This document shows positions 1 to 10,093 of a DNA stretch of 64,000 nt, in pieces. Source of the stretch: Saprospiraceae bacterium (lineage in GTDB: Bacteria > Bacteroidota > Bacteroidia > Chitinophagales > Saprospiraceae); contig JAHDFN010000001.1 of the NCBI GenBank assembly GCA_020628145.1, positions 3,278 through 67,277 of the forward strand, given 5' to 3'. Position 1 is the stretch's first letter. The number at the start of each line of letters is the position of its first letter. Made by a program: the position numbers and the translations under genes. Below the pieces are notes generated by a model. It was not told the DNA's origin and did not search any database. It saw only the letters and a list, made by a program, of their open reading frames with translations.

Positions 1-137
1 AAAGTAAAAAATTTATTCATTACTCTTTGTAATTTATGAGTTCATATAAAAATAGTACCATCAATATAATACCTATCCGATTGACCGTCATCTTATTGAT
101 GCTTTCGTATCTAAAATATGTTGGGTCGAAATTGATT

Positions 138-1382
138 TTAATGGAATGAATTGAAAAGAAACCCCAGTGATTCCAAATCCTTCCAAAAATCAGGGTAGGA
201 TTTTACAACGACTTCCGGTTCTTCGATTTCAATGGGAGACAATAAGGCCAAAGGAGCCAAAGCCATTGCCATACGGTGATCTTCATATGTAGAAAAACAA
301 GGTGCATCAACAATGCATTTTCCATTGATGTCCATGCCTTCTCCCTGTTCCGTTGAATGTGGAGTGATGATGACTTTGGTTTTTGCGAGTTCCTGTTTCA
401 AGGCATCTATACGATCCGTCTCCTTGATTCGAAGGGTTTTCAAACCTTCGAATTTTGCGGATATCCCCAATGCAGCACAAATGACGGCTACGGTTTGTGC
501 GATATCCGGACACTCTGTAAAATCATATTCGAAATGAGATGGAAGCGATATCTTTTTTCCTTTTCGGAGGATGATGTATTTATCATGGAAATCGGTAGTG
601 ACTCCGAATAGTTCGGAGATCTTTGCGATAACCGAATCCCCCTGTAAGCTTTGTTCGAACAACCCATTGATTCGCAATTCCGCTTCATCCGAAATAGCCG
701 CCAAAGCGTAATAATAGGATGCCGCCGACCAGTCTGCTTCCACTCCAAAATCCTTTGCCTGATATTTTTGTGGAAACACTGTAATGGAGTACCTGTTTTC
801 CTCATATCGAATGCCGAAAAATGCCATCATGTTCAAGGTCATACGGATGTAGGGCAGGGAAACCGGCTCGCCTTTGAAATGAATAGTCAATCCTTCTGGA
901 AGTTGGGGAGCAATCATCAACAATGCGGAAATATATTGGCTGGAAATATCGGCGGCGACCGATATTTCATTTTTTTTTCCGATGCTTTCGGATGGATGGA
1001 TTCGTAGTGGCGGATATCCTTCTTTATCCAAATATTCGATATTGGTTCCAAGTTCATTTAGTGCTTCAACCAATACACCGATAGGTCGTTGTTTCATCCG
1101 TTCGGAACCGGTCAATATCTGAGTGCCTACCTGTAGGGAAAGATAAGCGGTCATGAACCGGAATGTCGTACCGGCAGGGCCGGCATCCAAAGTGTTTTCC
1201 GAACTCTCCAACAGTTTGAGAAGTGTTCGGGTATCCTTGGCGGAAGAAAGATTGCTTATTTCGAATGGTTCATCACAAAGGGCTTGTATAATCAATGCCC
1301 GGTTGGCAATGCTTTTGGAACCCGGCAGACTTATTTCCCCCTTGAGAATCCTATCTTTTTTATGGAGTCTAATCCGAGACAT
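138..1382 (-). CDS. aroA: 3-phosphoshikimate 1-carboxyvinyltransferase (EPSP synthase)
   Basis: 414-aa ORF. N-terminal LPGSKSIANRALI motif, and length and architecture typical of AroA. Confidence 0.9.
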   Translation of the reverse strand: MSRIRLHKKDRILKGEISLPGSKSIANRALIIQALCDEPFEISNLSSAKDTRTLLKLLESSENTLDAGPAGTTFRFMTAYLSLQVGTQILTGSERMKQRPIGVLVEALNELGTNIEYLDKEGYPPLRIHPSESIGKKNEISVAADISSQYISALLMIAPQLPEGLTIHFKGEPVSLPYIRMTLNMMAFFGIRYEENRYSITVFPQKYQAKDFGVEADWSAASYYYALAAISDEAELRINGLFEQSLQGDSVIAKISELFGVTTDFHDKYIILRKGKKISLPSHFEYDFTECPDIAQTVAVICAALGISAKFEGLKTLRIKETDRIDALKQELAKTKVIITPHSTEQGEGMDINGKCIVDAPCFSTYEDHRMAMALAPLALLSPIEIEEPEVVVKSYPDFWKDLESLGFLFNSFH

Positions 1383-1397
1383 ATTTGTCGGATATTA

Positions 1398-2801
1398 TTA
1401 TATGTGTAAGGCCCGATCACCCGTCGCTGCCAAAGCCGCCTCTTTGGTGGCTTCGGTAAATGTCGGGTGGGCATGGCTCATTCTGGCAATGTCTTCGGCA
1501 GAACCTCTGAACTCCATGATGGCTACTGCTTCGGCTATCATATCGGCGGTCCGGGGACCGACCATGTGAACACCCAGCACCTCGTCGGTTTCCTTGTGGG
1601 CCAACACCTTGACCATTCCTTCCGTGTCCATGCTGGCCCTTGCCCGACCTAATGCTTTGAAAGGGAATTTTCCAACCTTATAGGGAATACCCGCTTCCTT
1701 GAGTTGTCCCTCCGTCTGACCAACGGCGGCAACTTCAGGCCAAGTATAAACCACGCCCGGTATCAGGTTGTAATTGATATGCGGTTTTTGACCGGCCATA
1801 TATTCGGTTACAAAAACACCTTCTTCTTCGGCCTTGTGTGCCAACATCGCTCCTTGGATTACATCGCCGATGGCGAAAATGCCTTCTACATTCGTTTGTA
1901 GATGAGCATCCACTTTCACCCTTCCCCTATCGTCGGTTTCTATGCCGACATTTTCAAGACCCAGTTTTTCAGTATAAGCGTACCTTCCGATGGCAACCAA
2001 GCAATAATCCGCTTTGATTTCCAATTCGTCTTCGGTGTCTCTTTTTTTGAATTTAACGGTAGCGGAACGGCTGGTTCCTTTTACTTCGGTGACCATATGT
2101 TTCAGGTGGAATTTGATGCCTAGTTTTTTCAGCGAACGCTGTAATTCCTTAGAGCAATCCTTGTCCATTCCACTGATAATCCGATCAGCATATTCGATGA
2201 CTTCTACCTCCGTTCCCAAACGGGCGAAAACCGAACCCAATTCCAAACCAATCACACCGGCACCGATAATGACCATTTTCTTAGGTAATTTTTCGATTTC
2301 CAATGCTTCGGTTGAAGTGATGACTTTTTTCTTGTCGTAATTGAAAGCTGCGGGAACTATAGGCTTGGAGCCGGTAGCGATAATCGTCTTATCGGTTTTT
2401 ATTTCCTGTTTGTTTCCTGTCTTAGGTTGAATAGAAATCGTATTCTTATCTACAAAAGAACCCCAGCCGTGATAAACGTCAATTTTGTTTTTCTTCATCA
2501 GGAATTCGATTCCACCGCTGGTTTGGGAAACGACATCCGCCTTTCTTTTGATCATCTGTTTCAGGTTCACCTTCAGGCCGGTGACGTCTATCCCATGTTC
2601 TTGAAATTTATGAGCAGCATTATGATAATGTTCGGATGAATCCAAAAGGGCCTTGGAGGGAATGCATCCTACATTGAGACATGTGCCTCCCAAGGTGTCA
2701 TACTTTTCGATAATAGCGGTTTTGAATCCCAATTGTGCCGCACGGATGGCAGCTACATATCCTCCGGGGCCGGAGCCGATTACGGTAACGTCGTATTTCA
2801 T
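1398..2801 (-). CDS. lpdA: dihydrolipoyl dehydrogenase (E3 component)
   Basis: 467 aa. N-terminal GSGPGGY FAD site, redox-active GGTCLNVGCIPSK disulfide motif, C-terminal HAHPT interface motif. Confidence 0.92.
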   Translation of the reverse strand: MKYDVTVIGSGPGGYVAAIRAAQLGFKTAIIEKYDTLGGTCLNVGCIPSKALLDSSEHYHNAAHKFQEHGIDVTGLKVNLKQMIKRKADVVSQTSGGIEFLMKKNKIDVYHGWGSFVDKNTISIQPKTGNKQEIKTDKTIIATGSKPIVPAAFNYDKKKVITSTEALEIEKLPKKMVIIGAGVIGLELGSVFARLGTEVEVIEYADRIISGMDKDCSKELQRSLKKLGIKFHLKHMVTEVKGTSRSATVKFKKRDTEDELEIKADYCLVAIGRYAYTEKLGLENVGIETDDRGRVKVDAHLQTNVEGIFAIGDVIQGAMLAHKAEEEGVFVTEYMAGQKPHINYNLIPGVVYTWPEVAAVGQTEGQLKEAGIPYKVGKFPFKALGRARASMDTEGMVKVLAHKETDEVLGVHMVGPRTADMIAEAVAIMEFRGSAEDIARMSHAHPTFTEATKEAALAATGDRALHI

Positions 2802-2913
2802 TGTCGAATGTCCTTTTTGATAAAAACAAAAAAACCTTTGAAAAGGATTTTGTCAAAATGGTTTTTCAGGTCGCAAAAGTACAAAAAGGATATATCATTT
2901 GCCTTGATATCTT

Positions 2914-3792
2914 TTATTGCTTGGAACGATAAATTCCCAAACCTTTTTCGGAGAGGAGAAAAAGGTATTGTTGTTGAATCTCGGCACTGATGATTCGCTG
3001 GGGAGGAATAGGCATGGCGATGACTGATTCGCTGGCTTTTCCTAAAAAGGAATTGACGGTATGGATACCATCTTTTTGAAGGAATATATAATGTCCATCC
3101 AAGACTTGTAGTCGGGCATTGGGGATATTGAATTTTTCGGAACCGATAAAACGGGAAAAATTATCGAAAATAAAAACTTCCCCGTTTTCCTGACTGAGCA
3201 AAACCTCTCCATTGGCTTCGATGATGAAATCAGGGGAATATTTATTGTTGATGGAAAGTGATAAGTCCGGGCTTTCAAAGGCTATTTCTCCTTGGGTATT
3301 TATTTTTTTCAATCTATAGTTGTCCTCATCATAAATCCAGACATTCTGATCGTCGGACATTCCGATGGCCTTGATACGTGGAGATTGGGCTTCGAATAAA
3401 TCAAAGGTGTAGATGGGTTGAAGGGTTCGGTCAAGAATAACGGCTGTCTGGAAATCCCCATAATAAACCAAGATGCTGAAAGGATTGGTTGCATCCAAAT
3501 GTGTAATGGTTCCCAAATCGAAATTAGAGTAGGTATAAAGCTCTTTTCCCTCTTTGGAATATTTACTCAACTCATCATCATTGCCGACCAAATAGATGTT
3601 TTGCAATTTGTCGGTAGCCATGGATTTCCCCTTGAAAGGGATGAGTTTTATCAATTCATAATCCGAAGTATCCTTGAAGGTGGTTGTTTTATCTTCTTCA
3701 ATAACGGTTCGGGAGTCTGATTCCAAATTAGAAACCGAACCACAGGACAAAAGGAAAATTAAAATGCCGAAAAGCAATAAGATTCTATTCAT
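2914..3792 (-). CDS. hypothetical lipoprotein, possibly beta-propeller-like
   Basis: An internal ATG at 3792 gives MNRILLLFGILIFLLSCGS, a signal peptide plus lipobox Cys, and removes the overlap with lpxH. No recognisable catalytic motif. Confidence 0.5.
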   Translation of the reverse strand: MNRILLLFGILIFLLSCGSVSNLESDSRTVIEEDKTTTFKDTSDYELIKLIPFKGKSMATDKLQNIYLVGNDDELSKYSKEGKELYTYSNFDLGTITHLDATNPFSILVYYGDFQTAVILDRTLQPIYTFDLFEAQSPRIKAIGMSDDQNVWIYDEDNYRLKKINTQGEIAFESPDLSLSINNKYSPDFIIEANGEVLLSQENGEVFIFDNFSRFIGSEKFNIPNARLQVLDGHYIFLQKDGIHTVNSFLGKASESVIAMPIPPQRIISAEIQQQYLFLLSEKGLGIYRSKQ

Positions 3793-3796
3793 AGAA

Positions 3797-4576
3797 TTAC
3801 AAATTAGCGATTTTCCCTTCGGGATTTTCAAAGAATTCCACCTTCATTTCCTTGCCATCAAAAACGGCGTAGGAATTATGGGAGAGCCATTCCCCTAGAT
3901 TTATATAACGGGAAGTGCCGTTTGAAAGTGTATAGTCGATGGGAAGATGACGGTGGCCGAATACGAAAAAATCGATCTGTTCGTTCAGTGTTTTTAATTT
4001 TCGTTCGCTGTAGCCGATGAGCCATTCCTTTTTTTCGCCAAGAAAATATTTTTCTTCTTCCTTGTGGTTTTTACGGCTTCGGTTGCTCCATGCATTCGCC
4101 AATCGAATACCGATGTCGGGATGTAACCAACGGAAGAGCCATTGATTGATCGTATTGGAAAAAATCTTTTTCAGCAATTTGTATTTGGAGTCGCCGGGAC
4201 CTTTTCCATCTCCATGATGAATGAAAAAACGTTTTCCGAAATGTTCCCTTATGACATGTTGGCGATGTATGGGAATGCCTAATTCATCATCCAGATAACG
4301 GAACATCCACATATCATGATTACCGATAAAAAACTCTATGGGAATACCCGCATCCCTTAATTCCGCCAATTTGCCCAACAGTCTTACGAAGCCCTTTGGA
4401 ATGACCTTCTTGTATTCGAACCAGAACTCGAACACATCACCTACCAAGTAAATCATTGCGGCGTCTTCCTTGGCCATATCCAGCCAACGGCAGATACGCC
4501 TTTCCCTTTCCTTACTAGGATTCTCCTTCACATCTGCTCCCAGATGGAAATCCGAAATAAAATAGATTTTCTTCAT
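3797..4576 (-). CDS. lpxH: UDP-2,3-diacylglucosamine diphosphatase (LpxH-type metallophosphoesterase)
   Basis: 259 aa. SDFHLG, GDVFEFW, GNHD, HHGD and GHRH calcineurin-like motifs in LpxH order and spacing, ending with LGEW. Confidence 0.8.
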   Translation of the reverse strand: MKKIYFISDFHLGADVKENPSKERERRICRWLDMAKEDAAMIYLVGDVFEFWFEYKKVIPKGFVRLLGKLAELRDAGIPIEFFIGNHDMWMFRYLDDELGIPIHRQHVIREHFGKRFFIHHGDGKGPGDSKYKLLKKIFSNTINQWLFRWLHPDIGIRLANAWSNRSRKNHKEEEKYFLGEKKEWLIGYSERKLKTLNEQIDFFVFGHRHLPIDYTLSNGTSRYINLGEWLSHNSYAVFDGKEMKVEFFENPEGKIANL

Positions 4577-4601
4577 TCAAGCATCGGATAGTGAAACCCG
4601 C

Positions 4602-5120
4602 TTAGACTTTTTCCATTACGCTACCGCATTGATTGCAGGTACGCAATTCTTCCGAATTCATGAAATGATTCATGATGGGTGGCAATTCATTGACGATGTC
4701 GATCATGGCGAATTGGGCTTCGTGCAACTTATGGTTGCAACTTTCGCAGAACCACATCAGTTTATCCGTTTCCCCTTCCTTACGGTAACGTTCGATGACC
4801 AAACCTATGGTATTGGCTGGTCGCTGGGGAGAATGGGGAATACGGGGTGGCAATAGGAACATTTCCCCTTCTTTGATGTCTATGGTTTCCCTTTCTCCAT
4901 TTTCGTTGATGATACCCAACTGGATATCCCCTTCCAATTGATAGAATAACTCTTCTCCATCTTCATAGTGATAATCCTTCCTTCCGTTCGGACCACCTAC
5001 AACCATGACGATGTAATCATCATTTTCAAAATAAACCTGCTTATTACCTACAGGTGGTTTGAGTTCATCCCTATGTTCATCAATCCATTTTTTCAGATTG
5101 AACGGTCTGCCTAATGCCAT
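4602..5120 (-). CDS. nbaC: 3-hydroxyanthranilate 3,4-dioxygenase (cupin; kynurenine pathway)
   Basis: 172 aa. The N-terminus FNLKKWIDEH...LKPPVGNKQV and the cupin core are typical of HAAO. C-terminal CxxC...CxxC (CESCNH...CNQCGS) is a rubredoxin-like site. Confidence 0.85.
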   Translation of the reverse strand: MALGRPFNLKKWIDEHRDELKPPVGNKQVYFENDDYIVMVVGGPNGRKDYHYEDGEELFYQLEGDIQLGIINENGERETIDIKEGEMFLLPPRIPHSPQRPANTIGLVIERYRKEGETDKLMWFCESCNHKLHEAQFAMIDIVNELPPIMNHFMNSEELRTCNQCGSVMEKV

Positions 5121-5179
5121 ACAGCTAGAATTGAAATTAAATAAGGATAAAATTAATAAAACTTGTCAAAGGCAGTACT

Positions 5180-6172
5180 TTAACCCAGAAGCCTTTTCTT
5201 CTGCTCCTGAAATTCTTCTTCGTTGAGGATGCCTTTATCCCTGAGTTCCCCTAATTGCTTCAACTTGCGGAGTACATCTTCCGAAAGGGAGGAAAGGCCG
5301 TCTTTTCCTGAAGGACGAGGAGAAATATCCTTGTTGATTTCCTGTTCAGGCGGCCTGTCTGTCAATAGGATTTTTTCCTTTTCCTTTTGTTGGTTCAACT
5401 GTTCCAACAAATCAAAATCCTCCTCTTCTTCGTCTATTACGAATTCCGTATAGCTATCGGGAATAATGGTGTGTTCTTCTTTTACCAGCTCTTTGTTTTC
5501 TTCCTCTTCTCCTTTCCATCGATAATTGTTTTTCACAAAATCGTCGAACTCGTCATGAGCCCTAAGGTAAGCCAAAGAATCATGACGATGTATTTTGTCA
5601 AAATCCTTGAATCCCAGCCCTACAGAACGGCTGAGATGGTAGAGAGCCTGTTCTATGTCTTCTCCCATAGAATGACAACAGGCCAAATTAAAATGGACGG
5701 CTATATCTTTTTCTGAAATTTCAAGGGCTTTTTCAAAATCGTTTTTAGCCCCTATGAAATCATATTGCCTGAACTTACGGATACCCGATGTCTTGTATGG
5801 GTTCTTAGCGATTTTCCGTTTGATAGCCTGTCGCCTGACCTGTGCAGGATCGGGTTCATAGGCGTGCCTTGGATCAGATTCGGGTTTAACACCCGATTGC
5901 GAGGCAGGAGCAGCCAAGGCTTTTTCATTTTTCATTTTTTGGAGTAGTTGTTCTTCTATTTTCCGAGGATTATATTTAAGATCGAATTGATGATCATCCA
6001 TAGAGAGGATGATGAGGCCATCTATGAGTCCCATCAGGGCAAAAACCCCACATGTGATAAGGGTTAGAAAAATATACAAGACACCCAGCCCACTCTGATT
6101 TAGATAGAAACGGTGAACACCCAAATAACCCAGGAAGATAGCCAGAAGGCCCGCAGTTGTCTTATCTTTCAT
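5180..6172 (-). CDS. TM2 domain membrane protein with TPR-like region and C-terminal SHOCT motif
   Basis: TM2 signature AGLLAIFLGYLGVHRFYL plus a second TM. TPR-like helices lie in the middle. The C-terminus LKQLGELRDKGILNEEEFQEQKKRLL is SHOCT-like. Start placed at the internal ATG 6172 (MKDKTTAG); the ORF extends to 6226. Confidence 0.65.
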   Translation of the reverse strand: MKDKTTAGLLAIFLGYLGVHRFYLNQSGLGVLYIFLTLITCGVFALMGLIDGLIILSMDDHQFDLKYNPRKIEEQLLQKMKNEKALAAPASQSGVKPESDPRHAYEPDPAQVRRQAIKRKIAKNPYKTSGIRKFRQYDFIGAKNDFEKALEISEKDIAVHFNLACCHSMGEDIEQALYHLSRSVGLGFKDFDKIHRHDSLAYLRAHDEFDDFVKNNYRWKGEEEENKELVKEEHTIIPDSYTEFVIDEEEEDFDLLEQLNQQKEKEKILLTDRPPEQEINKDISPRPSGKDGLSSLSEDVLRKLKQLGELRDKGILNEEEFQEQKKRLLG

Positions 6173-6358
6173 AAGAGTCTTATAATTTGACGTAAAAATA
6201 ACATCCTGAATCATAACGTAGTTCATTTATAGACAAAGTATCGATCGAAAACGACTAGGAAAACGTTTGTCATTGGTTTTGGAATAGGATTCTATGGGAA
6301 AACTTGATTAATTTGACGTTTCATTCCATTGGAATGGTTACAGGAATCCGGTTTTTTG

Positions 6359-9300
6359 ATGGAAAAGAAATGGAAAATAAGTGTGGACACCGGCGGGACA
6401 TTTACCGATGGCATCGGTCAACATCCGGACGGCGGGATAAAAAGGATCAAAGTATTGAGCAGTGGCTGCATCAAAGGTTTATTGGTTGCCGGAAAAGGAA
6501 AGTGGTGGGTTTCGGATTTAGTAGAGGAGTATAGCTGTGACATTTTCAAAGGTTATTCCATTTATATCAACGGAGAACAATGTGCTTATAAAGTTGAAGC
6601 ATTTGATTTCGAAAATCATTCGTTTTTATTGGATGGAAATCCAAATATCATTCTACCGGCCCCCTTTGTCCTTACCGCCCATGAAGAATCCCCCATATTA
6701 GCTGTCCGATGTCTTACGGAAACGCCGTTGGATGACAAATTGCCTCCCATCGAATTTCGGCTGGGAACTACCAAAGGCACCAATGCCCTTTTAGAAAAGA
6801 AGGGAGCAAAAACCTGCCTCATCATCACCAAAGGATTCCGCGACTTACTATACATTGGCACACAGCAAAGACCTGATTTATTCTGTTTGGATATTCCTGA
6901 ACCGGAATTATTATATGACTTCGTATTCGAATTAGATGCACGAACAGACAAGGATGGTAATGAAATCATCCCATTGAATGAAATAAAAACAACTACCCTT
7001 ATAAAAAAAATCAAGGATAGCGGATATGATTCTGTCGCTGTAGCATTGCTACACAGTTATCGGAATCCAAGCCATGAACAAACCCTAAAAAAGGCATGTG
7101 AAAAATCAGGAATCCGGCAGGTTTCCATTTCGTCCGAATTGTACAAAGGCATCCACTTATTGCCTAGGGCATCTACTACTGTCGTCAATGCCTACCTGAG
7201 TCCCTTATGGTATAAATATATCGAAGGCATAAAAAAATTGATCCCGAATTTGAAAATCATGTCCAGTTCCGCCGGGTTGGTTGATGCCGATTCTTTCCAC
7301 CCCAAGGATGGATTATTAAGCGGCCCGGCCGGAGGTGTCCTCGGTGCCGCAAGTATCGCTGAAAATTCAGGCATAAAAAAAATCCTGACCTTGGACATGG
7401 GAGGGACAAGTACGGATGTTTCGAGATATGATACACGGATCGATTATAAATACATCACCCAAATTGGTCAACAAAAAATAGCTGTAAATGCCGTAGATGT
7501 CGAAACCGTTGCAGCAGGTGGAGGCTCGATTTGTTATTTCGATGGGTTTAAATTATGTGTAGGGCCTGAGAGTGCCGGAGCCCACCCCGGCCCCGCATGT
7601 TATGGTGCCGGAGGCCCTTTAACCATGACGGATATCAACCTTCTTCTGGGAAGGTTGAATACACACTCTTTTAAGATTCCGATTTTCAAAATTGCAGCCG
7701 AAAATAAATTAACAGAATTAATTCATGAAATAGAATCAGGAACCCAAGAAAAATATTCCAAAACAGAATTACTATTTTCTTTTGAAAAAATAGCCAGCGA
7801 AAAAATGGCAGAGGCCATTCGAAAAATTTCCATTGCCAAAGGGTTCAACCCCAAAGAATATACGCTACTAGCTTTTGGAGGAGCAGGAGGCTTGCATGCT
7901 TGCAGTGTAGCGGAACAATTGGGTATTCGAAAAATCATCATACCATACGACGCCGGGCTTTTAAGTGCAAGGGGAATTCAAGAAGCAAAAGAAGAAAAAT
8001 GGGCGGGCATCCAAATTTTAAAATCATTGAAAGAAACAGAAGAAATACTTCCGGAAATTATCACTACATTAAAAAATAAAATCCTCTTTCAATTTCAAAA
8101 AACAGGTATAGAAAAAGAAAAAATAATATTTCAAAAAAAATACATTTACCTAAGGATTTCAGGCCAAAATAATACGATTGAATTAAATATAGGCAACAAT
8201 ATTGCAAATAGGTTTTATAAAAAATACAATAATTTATTCGGGTATGATCCCATAAAAAAAAGCATCGAAGTAGAAAGCATAAAAATATTGGGAATAATAA
8301 AAACAGCATTCAATAATAAAAACAACACCATTCCAAAAATCAACAAATTAAAAACCCATCCAGAAGAAAATAAATTAATTTGGTCAAAATTAAATCCCGG
8401 TGATTCTTTTCAAGGCGAATCCATAATATCCAATTCATTCGGCACTGTTTACACTCCTTCAAACTGGGAAACAACCATTCAGAAAGACAAGAATATCTTC
8501 CTGAATAAAATCGGAACAAAAAAAGAAATCATAGGAAATAAAACCTCCTTGGAACTAGAATTATTTTCTAGAAAATTCATGACGATAGCAGAGCAATCGG
8601 GGTTACAATTACAACGCACGGCTTCGTCAGTAAACATAAAAGAACGATTGGATTTTTCATGTGCAATATTGGACACCAAAGCAGAATTATTGGCCAATGC
8701 CCCACACATTCCTGTCCACTTAGGAAGTCTTGGTTTATGTGCTAGATTAATTTTAAAAAAATTAAAATTAGAAAAAGGGGATGTTGTTATTACAAACCAT
8801 CCAAAATACGGTGGCTCCCACTTACCCGATGTTACATTAATGAGTGCAGCTTTTGATCCACAAGGTCGATTAATCGGTTATTTGATTAATCGTGCCCACC
8901 ATGCCGAAATCGGAGGAACAAGACCCGGCTCCATGCCACCTGACGCCACTTGCCTTGAAGAGGAAGGTGTCGTTATTCCTCCGATGTATCTGATGAAACA
9001 AGGGAAACTGAACACAGAAATTCTTCACAATTTAATGACTCAAGGAAAACATCCCACAAGAGCCTATGCAGAAAACAGAGCAGACATCAACGCAGCATTG
9101 GCTGCATTAAAATTCGGTGAAAAAGAATTGGAAAAACTATCCGGAGAATACCGCCTCGAAAAAATCCATTTCTACATGGCTGAATTAAAAAAAACTTCTT
9201 CTAAAATATTATGGCAATCCTTACAAAAATTAAATAAAAATAATTTTTCGGCTACCGAATTCTTAGATGATGGCAATCGCCTACAAGTCGATATAAAAAT

Positions 9301-10093
9301 CATAGATAAAAAAATAGTTATTAATTTCAAAGGCTCTTCGGATGTACACCCCAACAACCTGAATGCTAACCCTGCAATTGTCAATAGTGTAATAATTTAT
9401 GTTCTCCAATTAATCACCAACGACAACAGATTACCGCTAAATGAAGGCTTGATGAAAAACGTGGAAATCATCCTCCCTAAGAACTCCCTACTCCATCCTG
9501 ATTTTGACGACAACCCCGAAAAGTGTCCCGCAGTCGTGGGAGGAAATACAGAAGTCAGTCAACGCTTAACAGACTTACTCTTAAAAGCATTCGGCATTGC
9601 CGCCTGTTCTCAGGGAACAATGAATAATTTATTATTCGGAAATCAGACATTCGGATATTACGAAACCATTGGTGGTGGCGTAGGAGCAGGAAAAGGATTC
9701 AACGGACGTTCTGCTGTCCACCAACACATGACCAACACCAAAATAACGGATCCCGAAGAACTCGAATTCCGTTATCCCGTTCGTTTATGGCAATTCGGCA
9801 AAAGGAATAATTCGGGCGGTGATGGAAAATTCAAAGGAGGGAATGGTATTGTTCGGGAAATTGAATTTTTAGAAAAAATGGATGTGACTTTATTGAGTCA
9901 ACACAGAAAAGAATTACCTTACGGCTTGGAAGGAGGGGAACCCGGAAAAATAGGAGAACAATATATTATCCGTAAAAACGGCGACAAAGAAAAACTCGAA
10001 CACATAGACAAGGCCCAAGTCAAAAAAGGAGATCGGATAATCATATTGACTCCCGGCGGCGGCGGATATGGCAAAAAGAACAAACTGGAATAA
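6359..10093 (+). CDS. fused hydantoinase A/B family protein (5-oxoprolinase-like, ATP-hydrolysing)
   Basis: About 1244 aa. N-terminal VDTGGTFTD (HyuA/ASKHA fold), a second LDMGGTSTD site, and a C-terminal HyuB-type half (NIKERLDFSCAILD, HPKYGGSHLPD, GGGG-YG end). The ORF opens at TTG 6329; the ATG at 6359 is the likelier start. Confidence 0.85.
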   Translation: MEKKWKISVDTGGTFTDGIGQHPDGGIKRIKVLSSGCIKGLLVAGKGKWWVSDLVEEYSCDIFKGYSIYINGEQCAYKVEAFDFENHSFLLDGNPNIILPAPFVLTAHEESPILAVRCLTETPLDDKLPPIEFRLGTTKGTNALLEKKGAKTCLIITKGFRDLLYIGTQQRPDLFCLDIPEPELLYDFVFELDARTDKDGNEIIPLNEIKTTTLIKKIKDSGYDSVAVALLHSYRNPSHEQTLKKACEKSGIRQVSISSELYKGIHLLPRASTTVVNAYLSPLWYKYIEGIKKLIPNLKIMSSSAGLVDADSFHPKDGLLSGPAGGVLGAASIAENSGIKKILTLDMGGTSTDVSRYDTRIDYKYITQIGQQKIAVNAVDVETVAAGGGSICYFDGFKLCVGPESAGAHPGPACYGAGGPLTMTDINLLLGRLNTHSFKIPIFKIAAENKLTELIHEIESGTQEKYSKTELLFSFEKIASEKMAEAIRKISIAKGFNPKEYTLLAFGGAGGLHACSVAEQLGIRKIIIPYDAGLLSARGIQEAKEEKWAGIQILKSLKETEEILPEIITTLKNKILFQFQKTGIEKEKIIFQKKYIYLRISGQNNTIELNIGNNIANRFYKKYNNLFGYDPIKKSIEVESIKILGIIKTAFNNKNNTIPKINKLKTHPEENKLIWSKLNPGDSFQGESIISNSFGTVYTPSNWETTIQKDKNIFLNKIGTKKEIIGNKTSLELELFSRKFMTIAEQSGLQLQRTASSVNIKERLDFSCAILDTKAELLANAPHIPVHLGSLGLCARLILKKLKLEKGDVVITNHPKYGGSHLPDVTLMSAAFDPQGRLIGYLINRAHHAEIGGTRPGSMPPDATCLEEEGVVIPPMYLMKQGKLNTEILHNLMTQGKHPTRAYAENRADINAALAALKFGEKELEKLSGEYRLEKIHFYMAELKKTSSKILWQSLQKLNKNNFSATEFLDDGNRLQVDIKIIDKKIVINFKGSSDVHPNNLNANPAIVNSVIIYVLQLITNDNRLPLNEGLMKNVEIILPKNSLLHPDFDDNPEKCPAVVGGNTEVSQRLTDLLLKAFGIAACSQGTMNNLLFGNQTFGYYETIGGGVGAGKGFNGRSAVHQHMTNTKITDPEELEFRYPVRLWQFGKRNNSGGDGKFKGGNGIVREIEFLEKMDVTLLSQHRKELPYGLEGGEPGKIGEQYIIRKNGDKEKLEHIDKAQVKKGDRIIILTPGGGGYGKKNKLE

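Noticed and set aside
6329-6358. N-terminal extensions from upstream TTG/GTG or distant ATG codons in many track ORFs, for example 6329, 17620, 19329, 20445, 23893, 24667, 28019, 42846, 45175, 53895 and 56131.
   Set aside because: Internal ATGs give canonical N-termini (signal peptides, GxGxxG, conserved family starts) and remove overlaps with neighbours. The extensions were trimmed in the feature table. Exact starts remain unverified.
7990-8560. The Lys/Asn/Ile-rich stretch in the middle of the oxoprolinase gene first looked like an inserted element or interdomain insertion.
   Set aside because: The segment still reads like the normal C-terminal part of the hydantoinase A domain (YIYLRISGQ...ELNI...F...Y..LFGY...IEVESIKI pattern) and is in frame with both halves. 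It is a compositional oddity, not an insertion.
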